Part shown: positions 27,227-37,485 of the stretch, piece by piece
Layout: every line of letters starts with the position of its first letter
Position numbering within the stretch: position 1 is the stretch's first letter
Notes under the pieces: model-generated
The model's database searches: none
What the model saw: the letters and a program-made list of their open reading frames with translations, nothing else
What the model was told of the DNA's origin: nothing
Origin: a virus
Lineage: Duplodnaviria > Caudoviricetes
Virus record (IMG/VR): IMGVR_UViG_3300005611_000079
Span: 1 to 37,897 of that record
Length of the DNA: 37,897 bases
Direction: 5' to 3' (one strand)
Position numbers and translations under genes: made by a program

Positions 27227-28362
27227 TGGCCCAAGTAACACATTCTGATTTAACACTGGAGATGGCGACTGACCCATCTTATACATATACATTTGAAGGA
27301 TATCAAGCAAGTAACTACATAGTAAGTATTGAATCTCTTAATGACATTCTTTATTTAGACGGTAAATCAATATTTTCTGATGGTGCTTTATCAATAGGTA
27401 CAACTAATAGCAATCCTGTATATTTAGGCGCTGATTCTACTGAATACTTAAAAATAGAAACAGACGGAAAGATAAACTTTCTTTCTGGAAAAATGTCCAT
27501 AAATGGAGATACCGGTACTGTTGGTCAATTCTTACAAACTGATGGTAATGGAAATATTTCATGGGAAACTATGGATTACACCCAGAATGCTTTTAGTAAC
27601 ATAGCAGTATCTGGTGAAGTTACAGTAACAGCAGATAACACAGAAGATACTTTAACTCTTGTAGCTGGCTCTGGTATAGATATATCAACTTCTGGTAATA
27701 ATATAACAATTGCTAGCGATAGTACAGCACACAACACATTCAAATATATGGATGTTATTGCTGGTGCTGGTCAAGCTAGTGGTAGTACCATTGAAGCTGA
27801 CAATCAAAATGACACTCTTACATTTGTAGCTGGTCAAGGAATAGACTTAGACTTTAACACACAAAATGACAGAATAACTATATCGTCTGTACAAGTAGGT
27901 GAATCAAATCAAAATGCGTTGTCTAACATTGCAGTGTCTGGACAAAGTACAATTACATCTAGTTCTCAAACAGATAGTATTGAATTAGCTACTTCTACAG
28001 ATAGAAATAAATTAGAGATTACTACAGATACATCATCTAATACTGTGAATCTAAAAGCTGTCTTACCAAGAACTTTAAGTATGAGTGGTAGAATACCAAC
28101 AAGGCTAAGTGACGGTACACTATCTGGAATGCCTGTTAAAAACCACTTTGTCAACCGTACAGTATCTGGTGCAGAAGTAAGTGGTGGAGGTACATCCGTA
28201 GGTTTTAGTACTCGAGCTGTTGTTTGTAATGAAGCTGATGGAACTATTCATAAAGTAACAATGCCGGCTTCAAATAACAATAGTCTTTTATTTACATTAA
28301 CAGAAGCAGACGGAAGCACACAGCAAGAGTTTGAAATAGATATGGCAGAAAGCAATATATAA
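27226..28362 (+). CDS. Fibre-like structural protein with AFSNIAVSG..DTLTLVAG repeats
   Basis: GQFLQTDGNGNISW fibre motif; three related repeats. Confidence 0.75.
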   Translation: MAQVTHSDLTLEMATDPSYTYTFEGYQASNYIVSIESLNDILYLDGKSIFSDGALSIGTTNSNPVYLGADSTEYLKIETDGKINFLSGKMSINGDTGTVGQFLQTDGNGNISWETMDYTQNAFSNIAVSGEVTVTADNTEDTLTLVAGSGIDISTSGNNITIASDSTAHNTFKYMDVIAGAGQASGSTIEADNQNDTLTFVAGQGIDLDFNTQNDRITISSVQVGESNQNALSNIAVSGQSTITSSSQTDSIELATSTDRNKLEITTDTSSNTVNLKAVLPRTLSMSGRIPTRLSDGTLSGMPVKNHFVNRTVSGAEVSGGGTSVGFSTRAVVCNEADGTIHKVTMPASNNNSLLFTLTEADGSTQQEFEIDMAESNI

Positions 28363-31300
28363 ATGGCAGTAAAATCCCCAATTAGGTATGTGTTCGATGG
28401 CGATGGTAATATTGTCGAATTTTCCGAGTTTCAAGCCGCAGATTTTATAGGAATATCAGATGGTGGTACTGGAGCTACAACAGCTCTAGGTGCTTCACAA
28501 GCTTTAGGTTTAGAAGTTGGTGTAGATGTTCAAGCCTATGATATAAATTTAGACCAATTAGCTGCTTTAAATCCAACAGATTCAAACTTTATTGTTGGTA
28601 ACGGTTCAGAGTGGGTAGTAGAATCTGGCTCTACAGTAAGAGATTCTTTAGGTTTAGGAACATCTGATGATGTTCAATTCAACACAATACTTACATCAAA
28701 CTTAACAGTTAGTGGTCCTTCTATAGCATTAGAGGGAGCTACAGATGACGCTTTTGAAACTACTTTATTAGTTACAGACCCAACTGCCGATAGAACAATT
28801 ACTTTTCCAGACGCAACAGGAACTGTATTATTAGATAGCCTTGCACAAACTATAACAAACAAAACTATTGACTACGACGATAACACTATACAAGATTTTG
28901 AATTAGGTGCATTTAAAGCCTCTGTCATTGTTACTGAAGCAGAAGGTATTGGCTCTAACGATAGTGATACACAAATTGCAACTACTGCCGCAATCATTGA
29001 TTATGTAGGAGCACAACTTACACTTGAAGACTTAGACTTTGCAGGTGATACAGGAACCGGTGCAGTTGATTTAGACAGTCAATCGCTTACTATTGCTGGA
29101 ACTGCAAACGAAATAGAAACTAGTGCTAGTGGTCAGACTTTGACAATTGGTTTACCAGATGATGTAACCATAACAAACAACTTAACAGTAGATGGAACTT
29201 TTTATTCAGATGATATAACTGCCGCTTCTATTAGTGCTACTGGTGATGTAACTATTACAGGAAACCTTACAGTTCAAGGTAGTACTACATCAGTTGAATC
29301 TAACACAGTTACTATAGGTGACGCAATACTAGAACTTAATGCAGATGAAACTGGAGCGCCTAGTGCGAATGCTGGTTTAACTGTAAACAGAGGAACAAGT
29401 ACTAATGTAGATTTACTTTGGGACGAAGCTAATGATAGATGGACAGTTGGAGCTTACGACTTTGTAGCCGCTAACTTTATCGGAGATTTGACAGGAACAG
29501 CTGATGTAGCTGACGCTTTGTCATCTGCGGTAACGGTAGAGCTTACAGGAGATGTAACTGGTTCTGCAACATTTACAAATGCTGGAGATACTGCAAGTAT
29601 TGCAGCAACTATACAAGCTAATAGTGTTGCTTTAGGAACTGATACAACTGGTAACTATGTAGAAGATATTTCTGCTGGAGATGGTCTTTCTACTACTGGT
29701 ACAGCGAGCGAAGGTCAAACACCAACTCTTTCTGTAAATGTAGATGATAGCTCTATAGAAATAGATACAGATATATTACAAGTTAAAGCTCTTGGTGTTA
29801 CAAATGCCATGCTTGCTGGTTCTATAGAAAATGCAAAACTTACAAATAGTAAAGTTGTTATAACTGATGGCACAACACCATCTGACTTAAACTTGGGAGA
29901 TACCCTAACATTCACTGGTGGCACTGGTGTAACAATAACCAATACTGCAAATACATTAGATGTTAGTTTTGACGCTGCTGAAGTAAAAGCAGACTTAGAC
30001 GAATATGCACAAGATGCAGTTATAGATGCTTTAACTTCTGGAACTCAAACAAGAATTACTGTTGGTTATGATGATAATGGCGATTCAATAAGCTTAACTG
30101 TTGATGATGACCTAGCAAACTACGACAACACAAATACAGCCTTTATAGACCTAACAGACTTATCAGTAGCAACTGGTTCTGGTCTTACTTATAATTCTGC
30201 AACTGGAGAGTTTGGAACTTCTGCAATACCTAACTCACAACTTGAAAATAGTTCTGTAACTATTAATGCTAATGCTCTATCACTTGGTGGAACATTAACA
30301 TTAGTTACAGATGATATTCAAGAAGATGGTTCACCAACTAATCTTTGGTACACAGACGCAAGGGTCGGAACTTACCTTACAGCTAATAGCTACGCTACAG
30401 AAACTTATGTTGATAACGCAGTAGCATCTGAAAACGAAATAAGCGAAATGAATGATGTTACTTTAACATCTTTAGCTTCTGGAGAATATTTAAGATATAA
30501 CGGAACTGCTTGGGTTAATTCAACACTCAATGCTGATATAGATGCAAGAGTTACAAAAACATTTATAGATGCTCTTAATGTAGATGCAGATACTTTAGAT
30601 GGTATTGACAGTACAGGATTTGCTACATCAGCACAAGGAACATTAGCTGATAGTGCTTTACAATCTGGCGATAATATTACAGAGCTTACTAATAATGCTA
30701 ACTATATAGATTTAACAGACATATCAGTAACAGATAGTGGCGGTGATGGTTCTTTAAGTTACGACAACACAACAGGTGTTATTACTTATACAGGACCAAG
30801 CCAAGCTGAAGTATTAGCACACATATCTGGAGGAACTGGTATTACAGTTTCTGGTGCAGGTGTTATAGCTACAACAATTACACAGTACGCTGATTCAGAT
30901 GTCGAGGCATATTTATCTGGTGGAACAGGTGTTAGTTTCTCCTCTGGTGTTATATCAATAGGACAAGCAGTAGGAACAACTGACAATGTAACATTTAATA
31001 ATGTAACTGTTGATGGAGTATTGAACTCTGATGACATAACAGCTACAACTATGACAGTTTCTAATGACCTAGTTGTAACCGGAGATTTAACAGTACAAGG
31101 AACAACTACAACACTAAATACTGACACAGTTTCTACTGAAGAAAACATGATTAAGTTAGCTAGTGGAAACACTGGTAACTCAACTGATATTGGTATATAC
31201 GGTAAAGTTGTTCAATCTTCAACAACTAAATATGTAGGTTTACATTGGGACCCGGGTGTAGGTCAAAATAAATTTAAATTATTTGATAGCTTAACTGTAG

Positions 31301-34300
31301 AACCAACAGGTACTGTAGATACAGCAGATGCTTCTTATACAAAAGCTACATTAGTAGCAAACATTGAAGGTGATGTAACTGGTGCTTTAACTGGTAATGC
31401 AGATACAGCAACTTCTTTAGCTTCTGGGCAAAACTTCTCTTTAACTGGAGATGTAACCGCAACAGCAATTAGCTTTGATGGTACAGGTGCAGTAGCTTTA
31501 TCTACAACTGTTACTGAAAGTGCTGTTACACAACACGAAGCTGCACTTACAATTACAGAAAGTCAGATATCCGACTTACAATCTTACTTAACTGCTGAAA
31601 CAAATGATTTAACATCTGCTGTAACTTGGGCTAATGTTCCAGACGCTAACATTACACAAAGTTCTGTAACTCAACATCAAGCTGCTTTAGCAATAAACGA
31701 ATCTCAAATAACATTCACAAGCAATTTCTTAGAAAACTTAGTAGAAGACTTAACACCTCAATTAGGTGGAACTCTTGATGCTAACGGTAACACTATTGAT
31801 ATGGGTGTTAATGTTATTACCGATACAAAAGTCGGTCAATGGGATACAGCTTATGGTTGGGGAGACCATTCACTAGCAGGCTACTTAACCTCAGAAACAT
31901 CTCATGCAGATGTTTTAGTAGATGGAGATTTTACAACTGCTGGAATTATGGCTACAGATGGTTCTGGTACTTACAGCATTGTTACAGACAATTCTACAAA
32001 TTGGAATACAGCTTACTCTTGGGGAGACCATTCAGCTGCTGGATACTTAACAAGTTTTACAGAAACTAACGATTTAACTGCCGCAGTTACTTGGGCAAAT
32101 GTACCAGATGCAAATATTACTGAAAGCTCTGTAACTCAACACGAAGCAGCTTTAAGTATTACAGAGTCACAAATTTCTGACTTAGGTAGCTATATAACTG
32201 CTACATCTAGTGATACTTTAACTAATAAAACAATAAACTTTGAAGACAATACTGCAATCATAGAATTTGCAGTTACTGTATCTAATCCGGGTGCTGGTAA
32301 TAAATACTACTTAGATGGAGAATTATCAGCAAACATACAGCTTATTCCGGGTGTTACTTATAGATTTGACCAATCTGATTCAAGCAACTCAACACATCCA
32401 TTAGTATTTTCTACTACATCAGAAAGTGCTGGTGTAACTTCTTATACAACAGGTGTAACACAAGTCGGTACACCGGGTTCTGCTGGTGCATATACACAAA
32501 TTGTTGTAGATGGTGCCACAGCAGATAAACTTTATTATTATTGTTCTTCTCATTCTGGAATGGGTGGAGGAATTGTTTCTATACAAGGAAGTAGTTTTGT
32601 AGCAGGTACTGGAATATCAATATCTGGAGAAACAATATCTTCAACCATTACTCAATATGCAGATTCAGATGTTGAAGCGTATTTAAGTGGTGGTACTGGA
32701 GTAACATTCTCAAGCGGTGTTATAAGCATAGGACAAGCTGTAGGAACTTCAGACAATGTAACCTTTAACGATGTAACAGTTTCTGGAGACTTGATTGTTT
32801 CTGGAACAACTACAACTATAAACACTGAAACAATTGAATTAGCTGACAACATAATTGTGTTTAATTCAAATGCAACAGGTTCTGCTTCTCAAGATGCAGG
32901 AATAGAAATAGAGCGTGGAGATGACGCTAACAAGACTTTAATTTGGAATGAAACAGACGATAAATGGACTGTTGGTTCTGAGACATTTGTAGCAGGGACT
33001 TTTGAAGGTAACTTAACAGGAGATGTAACAGGAGATGTTGATGGTGCAATAATACTATCTGGTAAGAATGAAACAGGTTCTACAATTGGTGCAGGTGTAC
33101 CAGTTTATATATCTGGACAATCTGGTTCTGGAACAGAATTTACAGTAGCACCAGCAGATGCAGATGGTTCTGGAACAATGCCAGCAATTGGTATAACAAC
33201 TGCTTCAGCTAATAATAACGCAGCAGTATCAATATTAACTTTTGGTAAATTTGTAGGTTTAGATACTTCCTCGTTCTCAGTTGGAGATTCTCTTTATGTA
33301 TCAACTTCTGGAACTTTAGTTAACACTCCTCCTACAGGAGAAAGTTCTTTACTTCAAAAAATCGCAAAGGTAACAAGAAGTCACGCATCAGATGGTGCAA
33401 TATTTGTTCAAGGTGCTGGTAGAAGTAATGCAGTACCAAACTTAGATGATGGAGATATTTTTATAGGTAATGCTTCTAATCAAGCAGTTAGTGCAAGTTT
33501 CAATACAACAGTTGACGGATATTTAAGTGGCGGAACAGGAATTGATTATACTTCTGGAACAATATCTGTAGATTCAACAGCTATTACAGGACAATCTGCT
33601 TTAGCTGGTTCTGTAGATACTGCAAATGATTTTGTACTCCTTTATGATGATTCAAGCACTTCTTTAACTAAAGTTGATGTCGCTACATTATTAGCTAGTG
33701 CAGGAAGTGGTAGCTTTAATGACTTTAATTTAACAGCAGATACAGGTACACCAGAAGTTGTAGCTGATGGTAATACAGTAACTATTGCTGGAGGAACTGG
33801 TATAGATACTGTTGTAAGCACAACTGACACAGTTACAGTATCTATAGACAATACAGTTATAACAACTTCTTCTTCAATAGGTGATTTATCAGATGTTGAT
33901 ATTACAACTTCTGCTCCTACTGATGGACAAGCACTTGTATGGAATGCTTCTAATAGTGAATTTGAACCGGGAACAGTAGCTTCATCTACAAACTATTTCC
34001 AAACAATAGCAGTTTCTGGACAATCAGATGTTGTTCCAGACAGCACAACTGATACTCTTAACTTTGCAGCTGGTTCAAACATAACAATAACAACTGATGC
34101 TTCAACAGATACAATTACAATTGCTTCTACAGATACAAATACACAACTTACTCAAGAACAAGTAGAAGACTTTGTTGATGGATTAATAGTTGCTGGTGCA
34201 AACATTACAAAGACCTATGATGATAATGCAGGAACTCTTACTATTGCAGCAACTGGTGGTGCAGCAAACGCTTTCTCAACCTTAGCAGTTGCTGGACAAT

Positions 34301-35283
34301 CAAATGTTGTAGCTGATTCTGAAACAGATACCTTAACACTTACAGCTGGAACTGGTATGACAATAACTACAGATGCAAGTACAGATACAATTACTTTTAC
34401 ATCTGCTGGTGGTGGTGGAGGAAGTCTTCCAGTTATACTTGCTGGTTCTACTTCTGACCCTATAACATTATCAGATATAACAGTAGCTGGTGCAATACCA
34501 TTTACATCTTTTGATGGAACTACAGACAATATTCAACTAGGTTCCACACAAACAGCAGTTACAACTTTTGCTGATAATGATGCTGATACATCTATAGAAT
34601 TAGAAAGAACATCTGATGATGACACAGTTTATATAAAAGCTGGTGGTACAGATGTTGTAACAGCAACAAGTTCTGGTGTAACAATAACTAACTTAACTGT
34701 TACTGGAACAACTACACAAGCTAATGAATTAAAGATTACGGATACATTATTTGAATTAAACGCTGATGGTGGTTCATTAACTACTGATGCTGGAATGATT
34801 ATCGAAAGAGGTTCTACTGGAGATAATGCAGCATTTATTTGGGATGAATCAGCAGATGCTTTCGTTGTAGGTACAACTGCAACAGATGGTTCTGCTGCAA
34901 CAAACCTTACAGTTACTGAAGCAACTCTTAAAGCTGCTACTCAATCACAAGGTGATAACTCAACTAATGTAGCTACTACAGCTTATGTAGATACAGCAAC
35001 TGCTGGTATTAGTTCTGATACTGTTACAGACGCAGATGGAGATACTTTAATAGAAGTAGAAAACTCTGATGCTGATGAAATAGTTATGACTACTGCTGGT
35101 CAAGAAAGACTTAAAGTAGATAACAATGTTTCTATGTCAGCTAGAGGTGGTTTCTTTACACATCAATTAACAATGGATTCAAATGAAACATTTACAATCG
35201 CTTCAACAGAAGGAACTGTTGCTGCTGGTCCTTTAGATATACAAGGAACTGTAGATGTTCAAGGAAGTTTAGTAGTATTATAA
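28363..35283 (+). CDS. Giant (2306 aa) acidic Thr/Gly/Asp-rich fibre-like virion protein
   Basis: Uninterrupted ORF with many internal repeats typical of aquatic phage fibres; contains an HPL...YYCSSHSGMG segment. Confidence 0.85.
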   Translation: MAVKSPIRYVFDGDGNIVEFSEFQAADFIGISDGGTGATTALGASQALGLEVGVDVQAYDINLDQLAALNPTDSNFIVGNGSEWVVESGSTVRDSLGLGTSDDVQFNTILTSNLTVSGPSIALEGATDDAFETTLLVTDPTADRTITFPDATGTVLLDSLAQTITNKTIDYDDNTIQDFELGAFKASVIVTEAEGIGSNDSDTQIATTAAIIDYVGAQLTLEDLDFAGDTGTGAVDLDSQSLTIAGTANEIETSASGQTLTIGLPDDVTITNNLTVDGTFYSDDITAASISATGDVTITGNLTVQGSTTSVESNTVTIGDAILELNADETGAPSANAGLTVNRGTSTNVDLLWDEANDRWTVGAYDFVAANFIGDLTGTADVADALSSAVTVELTGDVTGSATFTNAGDTASIAATIQANSVALGTDTTGNYVEDISAGDGLSTTGTASEGQTPTLSVNVDDSSIEIDTDILQVKALGVTNAMLAGSIENAKLTNSKVVITDGTTPSDLNLGDTLTFTGGTGVTITNTANTLDVSFDAAEVKADLDEYAQDAVIDALTSGTQTRITVGYDDNGDSISLTVDDDLANYDNTNTAFIDLTDLSVATGSGLTYNSATGEFGTSAIPNSQLENSSVTINANALSLGGTLTLVTDDIQEDGSPTNLWYTDARVGTYLTANSYATETYVDNAVASENEISEMNDVTLTSLASGEYLRYNGTAWVNSTLNADIDARVTKTFIDALNVDADTLDGIDSTGFATSAQGTLADSALQSGDNITELTNNANYIDLTDISVTDSGGDGSLSYDNTTGVITYTGPSQAEVLAHISGGTGITVSGAGVIATTITQYADSDVEAYLSGGTGVSFSSGVISIGQAVGTTDNVTFNNVTVDGVLNSDDITATTMTVSNDLVVTGDLTVQGTTTTLNTDTVSTEENMIKLASGNTGNSTDIGIYGKVVQSSTTKYVGLHWDPGVGQNKFKLFDSLTVEPTGTVDTADASYTKATLVANIEGDVTGALTGNADTATSLASGQNFSLTGDVTATAISFDGTGAVALSTTVTESAVTQHEAALTITESQISDLQSYLTAETNDLTSAVTWANVPDANITQSSVTQHQAALAINESQITFTSNFLENLVEDLTPQLGGTLDANGNTIDMGVNVITDTKVGQWDTAYGWGDHSLAGYLTSETSHADVLVDGDFTTAGIMATDGSGTYSIVTDNSTNWNTAYSWGDHSAAGYLTSFTETNDLTAAVTWANVPDANITESSVTQHEAALSITESQISDLGSYITATSSDTLTNKTINFEDNTAIIEFAVTVSNPGAGNKYYLDGELSANIQLIPGVTYRFDQSDSSNSTHPLVFSTTSESAGVTSYTTGVTQVGTPGSAGAYTQIVVDGATADKLYYYCSSHSGMGGGIVSIQGSSFVAGTGISISGETISSTITQYADSDVEAYLSGGTGVTFSSGVISIGQAVGTSDNVTFNDVTVSGDLIVSGTTTTINTETIELADNIIVFNSNATGSASQDAGIEIERGDDANKTLIWNETDDKWTVGSETFVAGTFEGNLTGDVTGDVDGAIILSGKNETGSTIGAGVPVYISGQSGSGTEFTVAPADADGSGTMPAIGITTASANNNAAVSILTFGKFVGLDTSSFSVGDSLYVSTSGTLVNTPPTGESSLLQKIAKVTRSHASDGAIFVQGAGRSNAVPNLDDGDIFIGNASNQAVSASFNTTVDGYLSGGTGIDYTSGTISVDSTAITGQSALAGSVDTANDFVLLYDDSSTSLTKVDVATLLASAGSGSFNDFNLTADTGTPEVVADGNTVTIAGGTGIDTVVSTTDTVTVSIDNTVITTSSSIGDLSDVDITTSAPTDGQALVWNASNSEFEPGTVASSTNYFQTIAVSGQSDVVPDSTTDTLNFAAGSNITITTDASTDTITIASTDTNTQLTQEQVEDFVDGLIVAGANITKTYDDNAGTLTIAATGGAANAFSTLAVAGQSNVVADSETDTLTLTAGTGMTITTDASTDTITFTSAGGGGGSLPVILAGSTSDPITLSDITVAGAIPFTSFDGTTDNIQLGSTQTAVTTFADNDADTSIELERTSDDDTVYIKAGGTDVVTATSSGVTITNLTVTGTTTQANELKITDTLFELNADGGSLTTDAGMIIERGSTGDNAAFIWDESADAFVVGTTATDGSAATNLTVTEATLKAATQSQGDNSTNVATTAYVDTATAGISSDTVTDADGDTLIEVENSDADEIVMTTAGQERLKVDNNVSMSARGGFFTHQLTMDSNETFTIASTEGTVAAGPLDIQGTVDVQGSLVVL

Positions 35284-35290
35284 AGAGATA

Positions 35291-35398
35291 ATGATGAAAG
35301 ATTTAGATTATAATGAGATAGAGAAAAGTCTGGACGAGTATGTCAATAGTCCTTATGACCCAGAAAATTATTTCTTTAAACCAGAGGGAACAGAGTGA
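35291..35398 (+). CDS. 35-aa acidic miniprotein (not in ORF track)
   Basis: MMKDLDYNEIEKSLDEYVNSPYDPENYFFKPEGTE fills the gap between two genes; weak AGAG SD. Confidence 0.5.
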   Translation: MMKDLDYNEIEKSLDEYVNSPYDPENYFFKPEGTE

Positions 35399-35426
35399 TT
35401 TATTTAACAAAAACGAGTGAGGAAGT

Positions 35427-35837
35427 ATGAGCGAAATAAAAGTTGATACAATCTCAGAATCTACTGGTAGCAATGGTGTTCGTTTAGGACATGCTATTGT
35501 TGAAAAGCAAAATGCTGTGAGTGTTACTTCTAACACTTTAGGCATTGATGCTTCAGATGGTGGATTATACACAGTAACAGTTGATGCCAATATATCTACA
35601 TTTAATATTACAAATATGGTATCTGGACAAGCTATTACTGTTATATTCACTAATGACGGAACTGGTGGATATACTGTAACTACTAGCGTTTCAGTTAATG
35701 GTGCTTCAGCCTCAGCAATTAAAACTGCTGGTGGTGTTGGATGGACTATGACAACAACTGCAAGTGCAATAGATATAGTTACATTTGTCTGGGATGGTAC
35801 AAATCTTTATGCAGTAGCACAACAAGCGTGGAGTTAG
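35427..35837 (+). CDS. Small beta-rich fibre-associated protein
   Basis: MSEIKVDTI N-terminus and AIDIVTFVWDGTNLY C-terminus typical of short fibre proteins; GAGG SD. Confidence 0.7.
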   Translation: MSEIKVDTISESTGSNGVRLGHAIVEKQNAVSVTSNTLGIDASDGGLYTVTVDANISTFNITNMVSGQAITVIFTNDGTGGYTVTTSVSVNGASASAIKTAGGVGWTMTTTASAIDIVTFVWDGTNLYAVAQQAWS

Positions 35838-35838
35838 T

Positions 35839-36396
35839 ATGACTTTAGGTTTAATGAGAGCTGGACTTCTTGGAGGAGTTGCAGACTTAGGCAAATTAGA
35901 ATTAATTGAAACTCAAACTATATCTAGTGCTTTTGCAGATTTTGAAAGTTTAGGAAGTTATAATGTTCATTTATTTCAACTTAGTAATGTAAAACCTACT
36001 ACAACAGCAAACATTGGTTTGAGATTATCAAATGATGGTGGAAGTTCTTATATTTCTAGTGGTTATCAATATGCTTGGCAGAGAGGACAGAGTAGTGGCT
36101 CTTTTGATGAAATAAAATCTACATCAAGAGACAGAATAATTATTGCAGGAGATGCTACAACTACTGGAAGTTTCAATTTGTATATTTATGCTTATAACTT
36201 GTTGGACAGTTCAAAATATTCTTTTTTTACTTTTCAAGGAACTTCTGTTAATTCAACAAGTACTAATTATATTATGAATTTTGGTAGTGGAGTTAAACCA
36301 ACTGCTGAAACTCATAATGGAGTGAGATTTGGAGAATTGAGTTTTAGTGCTTTAGCAAGTGGCACTATATCCCTATATGGAATTGCAGAAAGTTAG
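35839..36396 (+). CDS. Beta-rich hypothetical protein, paralog 1
   Basis: LELIETQTI..., SSKYSFFT, C-terminal GTISLYGI shared with the next two genes. Confidence 0.75.
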   Translation: MTLGLMRAGLLGGVADLGKLELIETQTISSAFADFESLGSYNVHLFQLSNVKPTTTANIGLRLSNDGGSSYISSGYQYAWQRGQSSGSFDEIKSTSRDRIIIAGDATTTGSFNLYIYAYNLLDSSKYSFFTFQGTSVNSTSTNYIMNFGSGVKPTAETHNGVRFGELSFSALASGTISLYGIAES

Positions 36397-36399
36397 ATT

Positions 36400-36915
36400 A
36401 TGGCAGGTAATTTAGAATTTATAAAATCTGCTAGTGGAACTTCTGTTAGTTCATTATCAGTAACAGATTGTTTTAGTGCTGATTATGATGTTTATTTTGT
36501 ATCAATTACTAAAGCAGATTTAACTTCACAATCTTGGGGTATTGGATTTAGATATTTAGATACAGGTGGAAGTGAAGTAAGTAGTGCAATATATGATGAA
36601 GCAACACTTGTCTTGTTAAGCTATGCAGCTTTTTCTGAGGATAAATTAACAAATGCTACTAAGCAAACAAGATTTTCTTATTTTACTACATCTACATCAG
36701 TTGGAACAGGAGTTGGGTTTTATGTATTTAATCCTTATGACAGTTCAAGTTATACATTTTCACAGGGGCAAAGTTCAGCAGTAGGTAATTCTGGTTTAGT
36801 TGGTACAAAAGTTATTGGTGTCTGCAAACAATCAGCAACTCATACAGGTTTAAAATTTTTACCAGACCTTGGAACTTATGACAATATAACAGTTAATGTA
36901 TATGGAGTTAAATAA
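36400..36915 (+). CDS. Beta-rich hypothetical protein, paralog 2
   Basis: LEFIKSAS..., YDVY, SSSYTF, C-terminal VNVYGVK. Confidence 0.75.
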   Translation: MAGNLEFIKSASGTSVSSLSVTDCFSADYDVYFVSITKADLTSQSWGIGFRYLDTGGSEVSSAIYDEATLVLLSYAAFSEDKLTNATKQTRFSYFTTSTSVGTGVGFYVFNPYDSSSYTFSQGQSSAVGNSGLVGTKVIGVCKQSATHTGLKFLPDLGTYDNITVNVYGVK

Positions 36916-37433
36916 TGGCAGGTAGCTTAATAAAAATAGATGAAGAAATAGTAACATCAGCAGTAGCAAGTGTAACTTTAACAGGTATTGATAGCACTTA
37001 TGATGTGTATATGGTTAAATATAATAATTTAACAACAGATACAGATGATAAACAAGTAAGACTTAGGTTTACAGTAAGTGGCTCTGATGATAGTTCAAGT
37101 AATTATGATTTTGCACATAAAGATTTGAGAAGTACCACTACTTTTGCAAATGGTAATGTAACTAATGATACACAGTTTAGACTTAATTCCATAGGAACAG
37201 GAACAAGTGAAACAAGTAATGGTATCTTGTATTTGTTTAACTTTAATAATGCAAGTGAATACAGTTTTTTTACCTATGAGGAAACAATGGTTGATGCAGG
37301 TGCAGCAGCTAGGGGCAGACAGGGTGGTGGAGTTTTAACAGTTGCACAGGCAACAGATGGTATATATTTTTTCTTAGCTGCTTCAGCAAATTATACAGCA
37401 GGAACATTCACTTTGTATGGACTTGCTAAATAG
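36915..37433 (+). CDS. Beta-rich hypothetical protein, paralog 3
   Basis: LIKIDEEI..., YDVY, ASEYSFFT, C-terminal GTFTLYGL. Confidence 0.75.
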   Translation: MAGSLIKIDEEIVTSAVASVTLTGIDSTYDVYMVKYNNLTTDTDDKQVRLRFTVSGSDDSSSNYDFAHKDLRSTTTFANGNVTNDTQFRLNSIGTGTSETSNGILYLFNFNNASEYSFFTYEETMVDAGAAARGRQGGGVLTVAQATDGIYFFLAASANYTAGTFTLYGLAK

Positions 37434-37485
37434 AATATGGTTTAAAGAAGTAAGTATAAGAAATATATAGTAAGATAGGAGAGAT

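Noticed and set aside
31839-32069. Alternative-frame + strand ORFs (also 6771-6965 and 9263-9484)
   Set aside because: Nested out of frame in strong genes, with no start signals or recognisable motifs.
30877-32781. Diversity-generating retroelement TR/VR pair
   Set aside because: Copies differ mainly at synonymous positions rather than at adenines, and there is no reverse transcriptase in the window.
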